Below are positions 60,864 to 64,000 of a stretch of DNA of 64,000 bases, piece by piece. The stretch lies in assembly GCF_000143415.4 (NCBI RefSeq), contig NW_003314301.1:213170-277169 (forward strand). Direction: 5' to 3'. Under the pieces are notes generated by a model. It did no database searches. It saw nothing but the letters and a program-made list of their open reading frames with translations, and was not told the DNA's origin. Source of the DNA: Selaginella moellendorffii (taxonomy: Eukaryota > Plantae > Lycopodiophyta). Within the stretch, counting starts at the first letter, position 1. The number at the start of each line of letters is the position of its first letter. A program made the translations under genes and the position numbers.

Positions 60864-63416
60864 GGCCCCATGGATTAACGTAGCTTTTGACCTTTGTTCC
60901 TTCCGCTTGACAAGCTTTTCCTTCTCTTAGGTGTGAAGTGAGTGTGTCAACTTAGACTTCTAACTACAACCTGTAATATCTTAGAATCATTGTCTTTAGC
61001 CAGAGCGTGTTTCTAAATTGTTTGGATCCCATATTGTTCTGCAAAAATTACAAAAAGATTCACGTAAACTACGCATTTTCAAATGATGCTTTGTTCTCCG
61101 AACGAATGTCCTATGCCCGTTCTATTTCTATGCGTGCATTTGCCGGAAGGGGCAGCGCAAGCCTCCATCGTAGTATGGTCCAAGCTTGCCTGATTTCAGC
61201 GCTCCCAGCTCCGCCAGCTTGTATCCCTTCTCAAATGCCGGTGGCCGATACACATTCACGTTGAGCTGCCGGTACTCTTCCGGATTGGCAGCGGGATTAG
61301 GACACCAGTCCACCTCAATGCTGCCCTTTGCATCCTCCACACGCCTGGGAGGCAAGAACGCGGACACGAAGCTCCCGGCCAGCAGCTTGAACGCACCCAA
61401 GATGATCCACTCCACAATTGCTGGAGGCTTTTCCAATCCAACAGCGCTCCTGATTGTGGGATCGATGAGTGCACAGATCCCAGTCTCGACCAGCGGCTGC
61501 ACGGGGCGAGGAAATGCATCCAGCACCAGATGCTTGAGATCCTGGACGATGCTCTTGTTCTTGTCCGTCAAGATGGCGTTCTTGGCCTCGTAATCGCAAA
61601 TGTACTCCCGCATCTCTGGAATGCTATCTGGGATGGTTGTGATGCCCATCCTTACGCCCACGTCGTGCCACACAACATACGCGGCCTCCTTCTCGTTGTC
61701 GGTCCACTTGCGGAATCCAAATCTCTCGGAGAAATCAATGGGGCTGACCACGTTGAGGCAGAGGACGTAGGCGAATTGGTCGTTTGGGATCTTGAATTTG
61801 TTGTGGATTCCATTCAATCTCCTCACCGCGTATGAGCCGCGATCGCTGTCGAGGTGGTGGTGGATCATCTCGCTCACCAGAATGTTGGTCTCGGCGGCGC
61901 GCTTGTGCGGGTCCTTGAGGCCGTACTTGGTCTTGAAGAGCAGATTTGTGATGCCCGGGATGCCGAGCGTGCGGATTGTGCCAAAGTCGAGCGCCTTTTG
62001 CGAGAGGAAGGGGAATTCCACCGAGTACATGTACCACAAGATCTTGTGGGGGTCTCTCACGGGGTGGAGCGACGCTAGAAATCGTGCCCTCTCTTCTCTC
62101 TTGCGGAAACACACCATCTTCCATGCTGCAGCCATCACGAGAAACGCAATCATCAACACGATTGCAGCCATTTCGAAATGGTGAAAACTGTTNNNNNNNN
62201 NNNNNNNNNNNNNNNNNNNNNNNNNNNNNNNNNNNNNNNNNNNNNNNNNNNNNNNNNNNNNNNNNNNNNNNNNNNNNNNNNNNNNNNNNNNNGAAACAGA
62301 GGCTGGAGAAGGGTCTTTTATACTATCAGAGCTATTAGAGATCACATTTCACGTTTTTTATTTCCGTGTGATCCGTATTCTGTACGTTACACACATAGCC
62401 ACATGGAGAGAAATCTTGTTGTTTTATACGCTGCACGTTTTCCACACAGTTATCTGGTCCATGCAATTTATCGGTCCTACCAACTTGAACGTTTCACGTT
62501 TAGAACTGGATTCTGTGTCCTTTATTACAGATTTCTCAAAAGATGCAGTAGAAACCATATTTAAATTAGTATATTCGTAATGTACCAAAGTTTTTTTGGT
62601 TGTTTCTCTTAAACTAGTATACAGTTTAATCTAGCATAATTTCAAGAAATACCATATAATGCAATATGGTTTCTCGGTTTATTCATATTTATAAGAGATT
62701 TAAATAAATAATGTATTTTTATTGTAATGAATAATGTAGAATTTTCTAAAAGGTATATGGTCAACTTCATTTTCTTTTATATTATTTATTTTTCAATTTA
62801 AAGTCATGGTTATTATAGATCAACTTCTATGCATTTGGAGTAAAGCTCTTGGAGCGGCCATGCCGGATGGATGACATCATTGGCAGCTAGATTCATGGAG
62901 TGGGCTGCTCGTGGGTGAAGCTAGATTCAGGCCTGGCTGCCCATCAAGGAGCCTGTTGACCTGGACATTGGGTAACTGTGACTTGATGTGATTTTGCAGC
63001 TTCTTACTACCACGAGGGTCTCTTGAAGCTTAACAGCACAAGCTTGGTTAAGAGTAATTGCAACAGTAATGTTGTCCCCAAACATGGCAAGCGCATGGTT
63101 AGGGGTTTACTAAGCTAGGAACAAACGATTCACACTCTTTCTAATAAATTGGAATTGCCATATCTTATCATAAATCGGAAAGTCATAATAGAAAAAGCCT
63201 TACAATTTGCTTCCTTGCTTTCCATGTTGACAGCTCCAACATCTCTTTTTTAATATATATGCTTGGTGTAGCAATTGCCCTTTGATTCAAGGGTAAGCAA
63301 CAGCTTGTTCAGCTTCTCCAATTTGGTGAGAATCTTGGTGAGTGCACTAAGGAGATGCATCGGGCTGCAGTGTTGCTACTGCTACTCTTTGGATTGTTCG
63401 GATCATTCTTCTGCAA
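60459..63416. repeat. Right arm of inverted duplication
   Basis: Reverse complement of 57320-60254; contains N gap 62193-62292. Confidence 0.95.
61128..62171 (-). CDS. MpaB/DUF2236 oxygenase-like protein, copy 2
   Basis: 347 aa; 7 substitutions relative to copy 1. Confidence 0.8.
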   Translation of the reverse strand: MAAIVLMIAFLVMAAAWKMVCFRKREERARFLASLHPVRDPHKILWYMYSVEFPFLSQKALDFGTIRTLGIPGITNLLFKTKYGLKDPHKRAAETNILVSEMIHHHLDSDRGSYAVRRLNGIHNKFKIPNDQFAYVLCLNVVSPIDFSERFGFRKWTDNEKEAAYVVWHDVGVRMGITTIPDSIPEMREYICDYEAKNAILTDKNKSIVQDLKHLVLDAFPRPVQPLVETGICALIDPTIRSAVGLEKPPAIVEWIILGAFKLLAGSFVSAFLPPRRVEDAKGSIEVDWCPNPAANPEEYRQLNVNVYRPPAFEKGYKLAELGALKSGKLGPYYDGGLRCPFRQMHA

Positions 63417-63453
63417 CAGTAGCGGCTGCCTCCATGCAATGTGTCAATATTAG
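63355..63453 (+). pseudogene. Truncated 5' copy of the methylesterase (leader only)
   Basis: MHRAAVLLLLLFGLFGSFFCN, then diverges and stops. Confidence 0.75.
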
Positions 63454-64000
63454 TACATGCATTGGGCCTATTTACCATATGTTTATTAAGCTTTCAACAT
63501 TCCAAATGTTCTTCTTTGTTTTTGTCTGTTGTTTTTAAGTGATGATGCAGTTGACTACATTTCTAGCACATCACAGGTTCAGGAGGTTCACAATAGCAAG
63601 TCTCATTCATCAGATCAAACTCTTGACGACGTATGTAACAAGTTCTTGAACTTACACCCAGGTATAGTTTCCATTATAATCAAAACTTTCCTTTAACATT
63701 GTAAGAATGCTATAGCAACCACTGAGCTTGGGAATAATAATGACGCAGCTATGAACTGTGTTGCAACAAAGCCTAATGTCACCAAGCACCACAACATTCC
63801 TAGTATGCATTACCGACATTTTTTGCTTTTTTGATTAATCAAATTTAACGTAAAGTCAAGTGGTGCTCCTAACAATAGTGGTATGCTACAATTGCTCTCA
63901 AATGATATTTTAATTTGCATTTTAGTTGGCAAAAGTTCTAATAGCATACTTGACATTAGTGGTATGTTTATTTCATGCCAACCATGCAACACCTACCACT

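Noticed and set aside
61128-62345. 405-aa extended oxygenase ORF (and 59850-60458)
   Set aside because: Artefacts of translating through N gaps

Overview
Gene-dense, intron-rich land-plant nuclear DNA. Tiny introns (~30-60 nt), intergenic gaps often under 150 bp, PLS-type PPR genes and ciliary genes (CEP104, IQCE-like) point to a flagellate-sperm plant, most consistent with the lycophyte Selaginella (inference). About 25 intact genes are recognisable, including germin-like, PPRs, SRPK, SCAB, FKBP62/ROF1, PHD-finger, ORC3, nsLTP, SRF kinase, Serinc, HOP2, AHA1, CEP104, strictosidine-synthase-like and a methylesterase. They are separated by very AT-rich tracts holding a decayed Ty3/gypsy element and orphan gene fragments (subtilase, NUA/TPR, PPR, GH9). 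The most unusual content is a set of microbial-looking genes: an intronless MpaB/DUF2236 (Lcp-like) oxygenase in two copies inside a ~3 kb-arm inverted duplication and head-to-head with a signal-peptide methylesterase; an actinobacterial-type catechol O-methyltransferase; an intact, very AT-rich secreted unknown-domain + bulb-lectin chimera; a cyanovirin-N homolog pseudogene; an Oca6-like pseudophosphatase; and a Crinkler-like relic. Family calls come from motif recognition by eye, with no searches run. Exon boundaries are approximate. Two 100-N gaps limit interpretation of the palindrome.
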